The notes under the pieces were generated by a model. The model was given only the letters and a program-made list of their open reading frames with translations. It made no database searches and was not told the DNA's origin. Below, one piece after another: positions 1 to 12,882 of a stretch of 64,000 nt of DNA. Position numbers and translations under genes: made by a program. Origin of the DNA: Ginglymostoma cirratum (Eukaryota); contig JAHRHZ010000047.1 in NCBI GenBank assembly GCA_024137785.1, positions 3,752,185 to 3,816,184 of the forward strand. Reading direction: 5' to 3'. Position 1 is the stretch's first letter, and each line of letters starts with the position of its first letter.

Positions 1-667
1 TGTGCTGAGAACATTGGCAAAATATTGCAGTTATATGCTGATGTACGTAAGCCTACATAGTGAAATTAGTCTAATGCTGAAATTGTGGATGTATTAGCTT
101 ATATATGTTTTAATTTTTAAGATTTTAAATTAGTTTAATTATTGAAATGGTGTATTTTGTTTATCGAATATGCATAGGGGCTTATATTGCTGAACAGAAG
201 TACTTGCCAAAGCTTTGCAAACTTAGTGCTGTTACACATGAGGATCAGAAAATTAGATTATAGATTTGGTTGGGGTGTTCAAATGTGTATGCCTTCTGTT
301 CAGCTGTTGCTCATTTAAATCATAGTCTAGTACTATCTAATCAGGTTCTGCAAACAGAATAAATATTCATGGAGCAGAATGACTATGGTTAGTTTATGTA
401 GAATTGCCTGAAATTGAATTTGCTCATCTCACATGTCTGCTTCTTCACTGTCTGCACAAAAACCAGAGCACATCCATACACACGTTCACATGAAATCCAG
501 GCTGATGTTATCCAGTTATTGTTACTTAATAAATGTGCTACCAGCACTACCACCTTTGATGCTGGAGGAGCACCTCTCATATTAACTTTTACCATTCTTC
601 TTTTTGGGTTGTGTTGTGTTTCTAATGGAGGTCCTTGTTAGCGTCTAGAAAATGGCATTAAAGTTGA

Positions 668-1830
668 AATTTTTTTATTTGTTCATGAGATGTGGGCATT
701 GGCTGGCCAGTGTTTAAAAGTCTATCCTTAATAGTCCTTGAGACTGGCGGTGAGATTCCTTTCACAAATTGCTCCTGTCCATGGGCTGTCAGTACACCCA
801 CAGTTCTGAAGGAGCTTCGATGAGTTACTGCAGTGCATCATATAGATGGTACACATTACTGCCACTGTGTGTTGATGGTGAATGGAGTGCCAGTCGAGTG
901 GCTATCTTGTTCTCAATGGTTTTGAGCTTTTTGAATGCTGTTGCAGCTGCACCTATCCAGGCAAGTGAACAGTACTCCATCATACTCCTAACTTGTAAAT
1001 GGTAGACAGCCACGGTTATATGCCGTAAAATTCCTAGCCTCTGACTGGCTGTTGTGTCCACATTATTTGGCTAGTCCAGTTCAGTTTCTGATCAGTTGTA
1101 ACCCTGAGAAGTTAACAGTTGTGGATTTAGTTATGATAATTCAATTGAACTTCAAGAGTAGGTGGTTAGGTTCTTTCTTGTTTGACATGGTTATTGCCTG
1201 GTACTTGTGTACGCAAATGTTTGCCATTTATTGGCGCTAGCCTGGATGTTGTCCAAGTCTTGTTGCAATTGACACTGGTTACTTCAGTATCTGAGATGTT
1301 GCAAGTAGTTTTTAACATTGAGCAATTTTCTTCAAATATCCCCCATCTGACGTCATGTTGGAAAGAAGGTCATTGAAGTAGCTGAAAATGTTGGCCCTGG
1401 GACACTACCCTGAGGAATTCCTGCAGTGATATCCTGGGAATGAGATGACTGATCTTCATTGACCACAACCATTTGTTTCTGCTGGGCAAATGCAAGTTGA
1501 TAGCACTGGCAATTTTCTGTTCCATTAATTTGTTGATACTTGAAAGTAGGTTGATGGGGCAGTACATGCTGCATTGGATTTGTCCTGCTGAGAAGATGCC
1601 AGTGTTGTTGCTATATTGGAACAGCTAGTTGGAGCACAGGTCGTCAGTACTGTTGCTGGAATGTTGCCAGGCCCCATAAACTCTACAGTATCCAGAGCCT
1701 TCAGCCATTTCTTAATATCACGTGCAATGAATTGAATTGACTCAAGACTAGCATTTGTGATGCCAGGGTCCTTGAAAAGTGGCAAGATGGATTATCCACT
1801 TGGCACTTCTGATTTGAGAATACGTCAGCA
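668..1830 (-). mobile_element. Decayed LINE (CR1/L2 superclade), RT to 3' end
   Basis: Peptides QVRSMMEYCSLAW..AA.T..KKL.TI, AGIPQGSVPGPTF and IKKWLKALDT..MGP.NIP; 3' tail near 670-730. Confidence 0.85.
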
Positions 1831-2133
1831 TTATCCAAGTAGCTGGTACGTTACCCGTATACTTGTTTGGGAGCAGAGTAGGGTTTCATCACAAATGCTG
1901 TGGGTGTTCAGTTTGAAGATCTGTTTGTATATGTACGTTGTGGGCAGTACATTCTACCCCATGGTGTTTTGAAGGTGAAATGTCTTGTGCTGACAGTTTA
2001 AGATTTGGGAGATAAGTTCTGCAACAGTGTTGTTGGTGGTGGCATTTGAAATTTACCTTCCACTGTTGAAGTTATGTTGCATCTCAATCTGGTATTGTTT
2101 GAAGTAAATGAAAGAAACAGGACAGAAAGCCCA

Positions 2134-2353
2134 GGATATACAAGGAGTAGAGCTGGATGAACACAGCAGGCCAAGCAGCATCAGAGGAGCAGGAAGGCTG
2201 ATGTTTTGGGCTTAGACCCTTCTTCAGAAATGAAGAAGGGTCTAGGCCCGAAACGTCAGCCTTCCTGCTCTCCTGCTGCTTGGTCTGCTGTGTTCATCCA
2301 GCTGTACACCTTGTATATCTCAGATTCTCTAGCATCTGCAGTTCCTACTATCT
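2134..2353. mobile_element. Penelope-derived fold-back element, family A
   Basis: Inverted arms; 16-bp flanking duplication CAG(G/C)ACAGAAAGCCCA at 2118 and 2354; TGAAGA..GGCCCGAAACGTC core. Confidence 0.8.
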
Positions 2354-3799
2354 CAGCACAGAAAGCCCATTGTTATTCATCATGTGCACCAAGCAGTGAT
2401 AAGGGTAAGTATTTTCTGTCTTTGAACATTAAAGTGGTTAATCCCAGTGGGATATTTCCCCAACCAGGAATAAATGCAATGCCTATTTTTAGGGCATCTT
2501 TTCTCGTCCTCTTCCCATTTGGGTGAGAAGAGTTTACATGAGGATTTTCAGTCATAGATGCTGCTGCTCAAAGACACCTCTGTCCCAACACAAGAGTTCA
2601 GTGGTCTTCATGCTTCTGTTACCTGTGTGTAGATTCTTGACCAGGTTCATAGCCCTGTCCACATTGGGAATCCTCCATTTGCACATAACTTGACAAATTA
2701 ACCTTGGTAGGTGCCTGTGCATTACTTCATTTAATGTTGGGGCCATGGGCGTCATCATTGTCCATACAATCTTAATGGGTTGGTGGTCAGACTTTGACAT
2801 ATCAATCCCCAGTTACCAGGATCACCTTGCCATTGTAGCTGTGTTCTGCCTTCATATCTAGTCAGATGTGCAGTCTTCCTTTGGCTATTCTCTGCAATTA
2901 AGAACTTTTTCAAACTGCACTTTGGTACCTCACCCCTAATTTTGCTATCATGTATCTGTGTACCAGGAGCAAAGAGCTTCTGACAGCTCAATGAATTGCA
3001 GAATGTACAAGCATCTCCACAATGTCAATGTGGCAATTGACAGAGAATAGTGGACAGGTTAGCATATACATTTGCTGAGGAATGGAAGATGACTTCCCTT
3101 TTTAAAAGAAAAGCTGTTGTTAAGGGCTTTTATCTTTTGCAAGAAGCTGCGGTAGTTGTCATATATGAGAATTTGTATGATGTTATACTCCTAGCTGATG
3201 GTAATGCTAAACAAGTCAGATCCCAGAGTGAAACCAGGGGTGATGCATGGTACTTTTGTAATTTGTTTACCATTGTGGTCAGTCACTGAACGTAGCCACA
3301 AGAGGGTGCTAATGTTCTTTTAACAAAAGAACATCAAATTTTATTGGACACAAAAGGAAACAAACACATACAATTTTACACTATATAACAATTATTTGAA
3401 ACAGTTTATGAAAATTTCAGGAATAAAGATGCAACCCTTTTACTGTTTACCTTTCACATATTCAAACCTCAGTTAAAGCTCACCTGTCTCCACCTTGAAG
3501 TTCCTTGTGCAGTTTGTACATGGTTGGTTTCTTTCTGGCAAACTTGTGCATTCACTTGATGTTATCATCACTGGTATCTGACTTGTCCAGTACTACCATC
3601 AGCTGGAATCACGACAAAGCAAGGGCTCATCTAGGATCAAAATTCATTGAATTTAAGAGGGTCTGTGATTTTTTTTTTAAAGAAACAAGTACACTAAGGT
3701 ACTGAGCATAAGATCAGAAGAGGAGTTTTGAAATATGTACATGTTGAAATATAATATCACACAAAAACAGCCAGTTGGCCCCAATCTCAACTAAAATGT

Positions 3800-5405
3800 A
3801 AGATTTACGTGCATTTGTAGATGCAAGGACTGATTAGGGATAGTCAGCATGGTTTTGTGTGAGGAAAATTGTGTCTCACAAACTTGATTTGAGTTTTTTG
3901 AGGAAGTAACCAAGAAGATTGAGAGCAGAGCAGTAGATGTTGTTTATATGTTTACTAAAGCCTTTGACAAGGTTCTGCATGGTAAAGTTAGATCACATGG
4001 GATTCAGGTTGAGCTTGCTAATAGGATACAAGATTGGCTTGATGGTTGGAGACAGAGGGTGGTGGTGGATGGCTGTTTTTAGACCGAAGGCCTTTAACAG
4101 CAGTGTTCCACAGGGATTAGTACTGGTTTCACTTCTGTTTGTCATTTATGTAAATGATTCAGGTGAGACTATAGGAGGCATGGTTATTAAGTTTGCGGAT
4201 GACATCAAAATTGGCTGGTATAGTGGACATTGAAGAAGGTTATCTAGGATTACAAAAAGATCTTGATCAGTTGGGTCAATGGGTTGAGGAGTGGCAAATG
4301 GCGTTTAATTTGGATAAATGCGAGGTATTGCGTTGTGGTAAAACAAACAAGGGCGGGACTTATACAATTAATGGTAGGGCCCTGGGTAGTGTCATAGAAT
4401 TATAGAGTCCCTATTGTGTGGAAGCAGGCCATTTCTCCCATCGAGTCCACACTTCTGAAAAGCATCCCACCCAGACTCACCCCTTACCCTATCCCGGTAA
4501 CCCTGCGTTTCCCATGGCTAATCCACCTAGCCTGCAATTCCCTGGATTCTCAGGGCAGTTTACCTTGGCCCTGCACATCTTTGTTGGAGCAAGCCAGAGC
4601 ACCTGGAGAGCATTTGTACGGACACGAGGAAAATGTGCAAACTCCACAGAGACAGTTGACCGAGGCTGGAATCGAACCTGGGTCCCCGGCGCTGTGAGGC
4701 TGCAGTGCCAACCACTGTGCCACCCTGGTGTTATAGAACAGAAACATAATCCTTTGACATTTGTGTCACAGGTAGACAGGGTGGATAAGAAGGTGTTTAC
4801 ACTTGCTTTCGATGCTCAGACCTTTTGAGAATTGGAGTTGGGATGTCTTGTGGAGATTGTACTCATTGGTGAGGACTCTTCTGGAGTATTGTGTGCAGTT
4901 TTGGTCACCCTTTGGAAGGATATTATTAAATTTGAGAGGATTTAGAAAGCATTACCAGGATGTTGTCAGGAATGGAGGGTTTGAGTTTAAAAATAGTCTG
5001 GATAGGCTGGGACTTTTTTCACTGGAATGTAGGAGGTTGAGTGGTGACCTTTATAGAGGTTTATAAAATCATGAAGGGCATAGATAAGGTGAATAGCAAA
5101 GGCCTTTTTCCTAGGGTAGGGGAGTTCAAAACTAGGGACCATATTTTTAAGGTGAGAGGAGAAAGATTTAAAAAGGACAAGAGGGGCAACTTGTTTTTTT
5201 AGACAGTGTGGTTCATGTGTGGAATGAACTGCCAGAGGAATTTGTAGATGTAGGTACAGTTGCAACATTTAAAATATTTTGGGGTAAGTACATGAATAGG
5301 AAAGGGATATGGGACAAGTGCAGTCAAGTGGGACTCGTTTAGTTTGGGAACATGGTTGGCATGGACTAGTTGGACTGAAGGGTTTGTTTCCATGTAATAT
5401 GACTC
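3800..5405 (+). mobile_element. 5'-truncated CR1 (HER1-like) LINE ORF2 relic
   Basis: SQHGF, KAFDKV, VPQGLVL, KFADDIK, KCEVL and LEYCVQFWSP motifs across frameshifts. Confidence 0.9.
4400..4727 (-). mobile_element. HE1-type V-SINE inserted into the CR1
   Basis: tRNA-like head (GGTTCGATTCC), V-domain and LINE-like tail; TSD GTGT(C/T)ATAGAA at 4389 and 4728. Confidence 0.9.
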
Positions 5406-5724
5406 TGTGACTTATTTGGGCTGCACTGTAGCACAAGGTGAAATAGTTCTTAGAAAAAGCAATGTTAGGGCTGATTTCAAAACTGCCCTGTCTAAGATAA
5501 GCACAAAATATTGTGGTATTTCGGCATGAGTGGATTTTATACAGTTCATTCTGAATTTTAGCGCTGTAGTGGTGTCTTTGACAGGTTGATAAAGAAAGAT
5601 AAGAAATTATAATAGGCAAAAGCATGTCAGAGACCTCTGACAACTTGAAAGCTGTACTGACTATTGCACTAGTTTTAGCAGCTGCAAATTACACTAACCC
5701 ATTTACACTGACTACTGAAACCAC

Positions 5725-6124
5725 CTAACTTTACTAATTAGTTTAGCATGCAGAACCTTGTCAAAGGCTTTAGTAAAGTCCATATAAACTACATTTACTG
5801 CTCTGCTGTCAATCTTCTTGGTTACTTCCTCAAAAACCTCAAATTGTGTCTCACAAGCTTGATTTTCCTCACACAAAACCATGCTGACCATCCCTAATCA
5901 GTCCTTACATCTCCAAATGCATGTAAATCCTACATTTTAGCTAAGATTAGGGCCAACTGGCTGTTTTTGTGTGATATTATATTTCAACATATACATATTT
6001 CAAAACTCCTCTTCTGATTTTATGCTCAGTACCTTAGTGTACTTGTTTCTTTAAAAATTCACAGACCCTCTCAAATTCAATGAATTTTGATCCTGGATGA
6101 GCCCTCGCTTTGTCATGATTCCAG
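5725..6124 (-). repeat. Inverted duplication of 3603-3991 (host flank plus CR1 5' junction)
   Basis: Reverse-complement match seen directly over about 390 bp. Confidence 0.9.
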
Positions 6125-6395
6125 TGTTACTGCAGGGGGATGAGATGGGAATTGAACAGCCAGTTAGTTATTTTTCTTGCAAGTTAAATTACACCAGCCA
6201 AATTATTCTGTGGAGAAAGAGACTGAGTTTTGTATTGGCTTTACGGCACTTTGAAATCTACATATCTAACAACTTTGGAGATCGTAACCTTTTGACTTTT
6301 CTTGAAAGATATCATAACAAGAACATGAGCCTGGTTCATTGGAGTTTAATGTTGCAACCGTACAATCTAAAAATCATTCATAGACAATATTAAGC
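6125..6395 (+). mobile_element. Gypsy-type LTR retrotransposon RNase H relic
   Basis: VLLQGDEMGIEQPVSYFS.KL...VLALRHFEIY...NLLTFL....NMSLVHWSLMLQPYNLKIIH. Confidence 0.85.
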
Positions 6396-7525
6396 AGATA
6401 GCATCAAGAGGTATGGTGGAAGAAAACAAGTGTTATGACCAAAATTGACTTGTGTAATATGATTATTATGGAAAGTCCTGTCTATTTAATGTAAATATTA
6501 TTTTAGTCAAAGTTAAATTTGTTTAAGTAAAATAAATGTAGTAGTTTAAAAAAAACATGTAATAGGAAAATGTAAATGCCTCAAAGTTGATTTTTTTTCT
6601 GCAGCGAGGCATAATAAAGGTTTGTAATATATTATTATTTTGAATTTGTATTGTAAAATGGACAGAACAATGTTGATTTGAATTTCTACATCCTGTTGGT
6701 TAAGGGAAGGACATAGTATCATTTTCATTTTACATTACTGCTCTGCTGAAGGACTATCTGGACATTTGTTTACATGCGTTTAAAATACGCTTTTATAAAC
6801 AATCTTTGAGTTGAGTAGTTGGAAACAAGAGTAGAAGAGGAAAAAATTGGGCTGTTGTCAGATATGCTATGACACAGGGAGATAGAGTCAAAGATGATTT
6901 TCCTTTCTGACAGAAGGCGAGAACCATCCAGCAGGTCAGTATGTGAGCAGACTTCTTTTGGATAGAAATAGGTCATTCTGAAAGAAAAAGATATGTATCG
7001 TCAATACAGTTTAGCAGTCTCCAAAACAATCAAGGCAGAAGAAAAGACGTTTTGAGTGGCTTAGAAGTTAGTAAGAGAGATGTTTCAAAAACAGAACGCT
7101 TTACGATGTCAGAGGGGAAGACATCCTACATAGCTGTCGAGTGCATGAGTTTAAGGAACACATGTTAAGGAGTAAGTAAACTGTTGGCAATTGAAGGATC
7201 TCATGAAGAGACAATAACTAATGGAGAATACCAATGTTTTCCAGAAAGAAACTAATTATAATCATTTTAACTGAACAAAGTGGAAATTAGGTGACCCCTC
7301 ACTATGTTTTGAATACATGTAAGATTGTTTGAGGTTGAAAGCGTTGAATCTTAAGATTGTTTCAACTAATTCTTATATAGTGTAAATTTTTTTTAATTTT
7401 TCTTTTGTGTGTGATAAACGTTGATATTGTTAAAGGTATATTGATAGCCTCTTGTGAATATGTCCAATGACTGGCTATCACATCAAACAATTTGTAAAAA
7501 TAAAACGCGTCATCTCTGCAGAGAG

Positions 7526-7701
7526 CTGGATGAATACAGCAGGCCAAGCAGCATCAGAGAAGCATGAAAGCTGACGTTTCGGGCAAAGATCCTAGGCCCG
7601 AAATGTCAGCTTTCCTGCTCCTCTGATGCTGCTTGGCCTGCTGTGTTCATCCAGCTCTACACCTTGTTATCTCAGATTCTCCAGCATCTGCAGTTCCTAC
7701 T
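7526..7701. mobile_element. Penelope-derived fold-back element, family A
   Basis: Inverted arms; flanking duplication ATC(T/C)CTGCAGAGAG at 7512 and 7702. Confidence 0.8.
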
Positions 7702-7813
7702 ATCCCTGCAGAGAGATTCACTCTGGAATCTGACTTATCCAGTATTACCATCAACTAGGATCATAACATTTGTTATATCAATATTATTAAAGTTTGTCAT
7801 TTTTAATCTTCAG

Positions 7814-7939
7814 AACTGGAGATCGTTTTATTGAAGAGAGAAGTCTTCTACAAGCTGTCCGTTCATATGTCTTTTTTTCTCAGTTGAGTGCTTGGCTGAG
7901 TGCATCACAAGGTGCTGTTCCACGCAATATTCTTTACCG
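7814..7939 (+). CDS. FAM214A: FAM214A/ATOSA internal coding exon (TGDRFIEERSLLQAVRSYVFFSQLSAWLSASQGAVPRNILYR)
   Basis: cttcAG acceptor and GTGAGT donor; peptide matches the remembered FAM214A segment GDRFIEEKTLLLAVRSFVFFSQLSAWLSVSHGAIPRNILYR; phase joins the next exon. Confidence 0.95.
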
Positions 7940-8229
7940 GTGAGTAACTAAACAGTGTTTTCATGTTTTAGAATAGTGTGTTTCAAAGAAGAAAAAGAGC
8001 AAGAACTTTTTGTCGTGGATAATCAACGATAAATAATTAGCTATAGTTCACCCCCAAAATTGTAGGAATCTGTCTGTATTGATTTATATATAGCTTGAAG
8101 GACACCAATCCACAAGCAAGGGGCAAGGCGAGGAGAGAAATCTCCACATTGTACCTCAAAATTAATGTACATGAAAATGGAGGTAGTACATTCAATTAGA
8201 GAGAAAATTGGTGAGGGGGTAAGTGAGGA

Positions 8230-11200
8230 CGCTGATCCAGCAGAGGGCGGTGATGATGCTAATTGGCAGTTGGGGCAAAGATTTGCATTGGCGTAGTCAC
8301 CACCAGCAGAAGGAGGACCTCAGCAAGATACCTTCCGAGTTCAAGTGAAGTCAAGAGCATCCAGCAGAGGGTGGCGACGATGCTGATTGGCGGTTGAGGT
8401 GAAGATTTGCTTCGGCGCAGTCACCACACTCAAACATGAGGTTTGTGGAGGAAGTATTGTCAAGAGACGAACAAACAACATAGGCAAGACTAGGAAAGAA
8501 GACCTGTTCAGGGATTATCAGGAGCTAGGGACGAAATTAAAGAGCAGGTCCTGAAGTGTTATAATCTCTGGACTCCTGCCCGATCCACATGTAAATTGGC
8601 ACAGGGACACAAAAATAAGGAAAGTAAACACATGGCAGAAAATGGCTCCTTGTCATGGGGCACTGGCATCAGTATTGGAACAGGAGGGACCCGTACCGCT
8701 GGGACGGTCTCCACCTGAACCAAGCTGGGACCAGTGTTTTAGCAAAAAGAGTAAATAGGCTGGTCAACAGGACTTTAAACTAGAAAGTGGTGGGAAGGGA
8801 AGGGTAAAACTTCCCCCAGTGGGGAACAAAGCAGCAGGTTAACATCTGTAGGGGTAGATTCCGCTGTGTGGAAAACATATGAAAAACATGATGGGAAAGG
8901 AGAATTCAGGAGAGGTTATTAAAATCTCCAGCACAGGCACAAGTAGGACAGTGTGTTTGGAAAGAGTTAGAAATCAAACTTCAAGCACACTGGATAAATG
9001 AATGATAATGAGAAGAGAGACGGTTGATATGGGACTGAAGGTGTTCTATCTGAACGCACGCAGTGTAAGAAAGAAGGTAAATGAGCTTGTGGCACAGATC
9101 AAAATTGGCAGATATGACGTGGTGGGCATCACGGAGACATGGCTACAAGGGGATCAGGATTGGGACCTGAATATCCCAGGATATACATCTTATCGAAAAG
9201 ATAGGCAGATGGACAGAGGGCGTGGGGTTGCCTTATTAGTAAGAAATGAAATTGAACCAATAGTAAGAAATCAAGTAGGGTCAGATGGTATAGAATTTGT
9301 GCGGGTAGAGTTGAGGAAACGCAGAGGTTAAAAAACCATGGTCGGAATTATGTACAGGCCGCCAAACAGTAGTCAGGAGCTGGGGTGCAAGATATACCAG
9401 GAGATAGAAAAGATGTGTAGGAAAGGCAAAGTTGTGGTGATCATGGGGAATTTCAATATGCAGGTGGACTGGAAAATCATATTGGTAGTGGTTTGCAAGG
9501 AAAGGAATTCATGGAATGTCAATGAGATGGCTTGTTGGAGTAGCTTGTGATGGTGCCCACTAGGGAACAGGGAATACTGCATTTAATGTTGTGCGATGAG
9601 GCAGACTTGATAAGGGAGCTTAAGATGAAGGAAACCTTCGGAGGCAGTGATCATAATATGATTGAATTAATTCTGCAATTTGAGAGGGAGAAGATAGAAT
9701 CAGAGGTAATGGTATTACAGCTGAATAAAGGTAACTATAGAGGCAAAGGGGGAGGAGCTGGGCAGAATTGACTGGGAGAGAAGACTATCAGGAAAGACTG
9801 TGGAACAGCAATGGCAAGAGTTTCTAGGAGTAATTCAGAAGACACAGCAAAAATTCATCCCTAGGAAAAAGAAGCATGGCGTAGGAACGATGAGGCAACC
9901 ATGGCTGACTAAGGAAGTCAGGGATAGCATAAAAGCAAAAGAGAAAGCACATAATATGGTGAAGGGCAGTGGGAAACCAGAGGATTGGAAAGCTCACAAA
10001 GACCAACAGAGGACAACAAAAAAAGAAATAAGGGGGGAGAAGATTAAATATGAGGGTAAGCTAGCCAGTAATATAAAGGAGGACTGTAAGAGTCTCTTTA
10101 GATATATATAAAGGACAAAAGAGAGGCCAAAGTGGACATTGGACTGCTGGAAAATGACACTGGAGACATAATAGTGCGGGAAAACGGAAATGGGAAAGGA
10201 ACTGAATAATTACTTTGCGTCAGCCTTCACGGTGTAATATCCCAAAAATTCATGAGAGTTGGGGGCAGAGCTGAGTATGGTGGCCATCACCAAGGAGAAG
10301 GTGCTAGAAAAACTGAATGACCTGAAGGTGGATAAATCACCAGGACCAGATGGACTACACTCCTGAGTTCTTAAGGAGATACCTGAAGAGATGGTGAAGG
10401 CATTAGTGGTGATCTTTCAGGAATCACTAGAGTCAGGGAGGGTCTACAAGACTGGAAAATCACTAACATGACATCCCATTTAGAAAGGGAGTAAGGCAAA
10501 AGTTTGAAAATTACAATTAGCCTAATCTTGGTCATGGGTAAGATTTTGGAGTCCATTGTGAAGGATGAGATTTCTGAATACTTGGAAGTGCTTGGTAAAA
10601 TAGGGCAAAGTCAGTATGGCTTCATCAAGGGGAGGTCATGCCTGACAAATCTGTTAGAATTCTTTTTGAGGAAGTGACAAGCAGGTTAGACCAAGGAGAA
10701 CCAATGGATGTTATCTACTTGGACTTCTATGTAGGACTTTGACAAGGTGCCGCGCGGGAGGCTACTGAGTAAGATAAGGGGCCGTTGTGTTAGAGGCAAG
10801 GTATTAGCACGGATAAAAGATTGGCTCTCTGGCAGAAAGCAGAGAGTGGGAATAAAAGGGTCTTTCTCAGGATGGCACAAGCGGTGTTCCAAAAGGGTCC
10901 GTGTTAGGACCACAACTTTTCACTTTATACATTAATGATCTAGATGCAGGAACTGAGCGCATTCTGGCTAAATTTGCAGATAATACAAAGATGGGTGGAG
11001 GGACAGGTAGTATTGAGGAGGCTGGGAGGCTGCAGAAGGATTTGCACAGGTTAGGAGAGTAGGCAAAGAAGTGGCAAATGGAGTACAACGTGGGAAAGTG
11101 TGAGGTCATGCACTTTGGTAAGAAGAATAAAAGCATGGACTATTTTCTAAATGGGGAGAAAATTCAGAAGTCTGAAGTGCGAAGAGACTTGGGAGTTCTC

Positions 11201-11890
11201 GTCCAGGATTCTCTCAAGGTAAACTTGCAGGTTGAGTCAGTAGTCAGGAAGGCAAATGCAATGTTGGCATTTATTTTGAGAGGTCTTGAATATAAAAGCA
11301 GGGATGTACTTCTGAGGCTGTATAAGGCTCTGGTCAGGCCATATTTGGCATATTATGCGCAGTTTTGGGCCCTGTACCTTGGGAAGATGTACTGACCCTG
11401 AAGCGGGTTCAGAGGAGGTTCATGAGAATGGTACTAGGAATGAAAAGCTTAACATATGAGCATCGTTTGAGGACTCTTGGTCTATGCTCGATGGAGTTTA
11501 GAAGGATGAGGCGGGATCTAATTGAAACTTACAGAACACTGAATGACCTGGACAGACTGAATGTTGGGAGGATGTTTCCATTGGTAGGAGAGACCAGGAC
11601 CCGAGGGCACAGCCTTAGACTAAAGGGAATACCTTTTAGTTCAGAGATAAGGAGAAACTTCTTCAGCCAGAGAGTGCGAATCTATGGAATTCATTGCCAC
11701 AGAAGGCTATGAAGGCCAGGTCATTGAGTATATTTAAGACAGAGATAGATAGGTTCTTGATTGTCAAGGGGATCAAGCGTTACGGGGAGAAAGCAGGAGA
11801 ATGGGGTTGAGAAACTAATCAGCCATAATTGAATGGCGGAGCAGACTCAATGGGCTGAATGGCCTAATTTCTGCTCCTATGTCTTATAGG
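8230..11890 (+). mobile_element. Near-full-length decayed CR1 LINE (ORF1 esterase remnant, APE endonuclease, RT, 3' tail)
   Basis: DGLHLN esterase motif near 8703; YLNARS, GITETWL, YRPPNS and GSDHN endonuclease motifs; KFADNTK RT motif; tail GGCCTAATTTCTGCTCCTATGTCTTAT; many stops and frameshifts; 5' boundary uncertain. Confidence 0.92.
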
Positions 11891-12882
11891 TCTGAAGGTT
11901 TTATATGCTCAAATTAGCTGGATTTGATTAGTGCTGATCACCAGGGACTGCATTTGGTCTTTAAAATGTATTAATGTGTGACTTGGATTAAGGAATAGAG
12001 ATCCACATGTCTAGGTTTTCAAGCAATGCTAAATTAGGGCCGTACAGCTTATGGTGTAGATGGGACCAGAAAGTCAGGATGTTGGCAAAATTGTGGCAGA
12101 TGAAGTTCAGTGGGGAAAAGCATATTGGGGAATGTGGAAGTCCAAGTGCAAATAGCATGACAAAACTAATGACAAAAATAATTCAAAAAAGCTTTGACAA
12201 AAACAGTAACTTGTTTTATATTAAAGGATATTATAAATATACCTCAAGGCATTTTAAGGGAGCAGTAAAAGCAGTGGTGGATTAGTCTTGCCACGTTAGG
12301 AGATTGCCAGTGAAGTCTTGATGGTCACCTGTTGGGATGTGGGGAAAGGAGGAGGCTCTCCTTTTTGGACACTCTTTAGCCCACAATGGAACCCCAGGGA
12401 GCAGTGGCTAATTCTGTGGCACCATTGCCTCCTGTCCTCAGAGCCTGCCTAACTGGCTGTGCTGGCCCTAGATTACTTACCTGGTTGTGAAGGGATTTAT
12501 CCATTAATGTGGGCTCTTTCTATAGGTACAGCCCTACCAGTAGCCTCTGCTACCAGTGCTGCTGGTCCTGTGTTTGTGTTAGCAACTGTTTGGAATGGGT
12601 GAGCAGGGGGCACTATCTTCAAAGGGTGGCAAGCCCGACAGCAGCCACTAAATTAGTTGTACCTTTGAAAATACAACTCCAGTTCCCACCACCCACCAAA
12701 GAAAGATATACATGCAGCTTGGATTTTGTCTCCTTTCACTTCTAGAAATTCCGGGCTCTGGCTTTTGTTGCTCCAGCCAAGATTGTTTCAGCATTAGGTA
12801 TAGTAATGCATAAGATAAGTCTTTTTTTGACTGATTATATTTTTGTTTGTGACTTGTTAATTTTGTTTTGCTTAATCTTCAG

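Noticed and set aside
1950-1985. FTFKTPWGR as a Gypsy RT motif on the - strand
   Set aside because: Isolated; not followed by MPFG or YxDD
2134-2353. Palindromes as CRISPR repeats, terminators or cut-and-paste MITEs
   Set aside because: Eukaryotic context; arms are asymmetric with long variable TSDs and a hammerhead core, which fits Penelope-type retrotransposition
3240-3290. FTIVVSH as a Gypsy RNase H FTIVTDH motif on the + strand
   Set aside because: No supporting flanking motifs; the minus-strand reading is more coherent
9002-11712. Endonuclease/RT ORFs as an active element or host gene
   Set aside because: Fragmented by many stops and frameshifts; a dead CR1 copy
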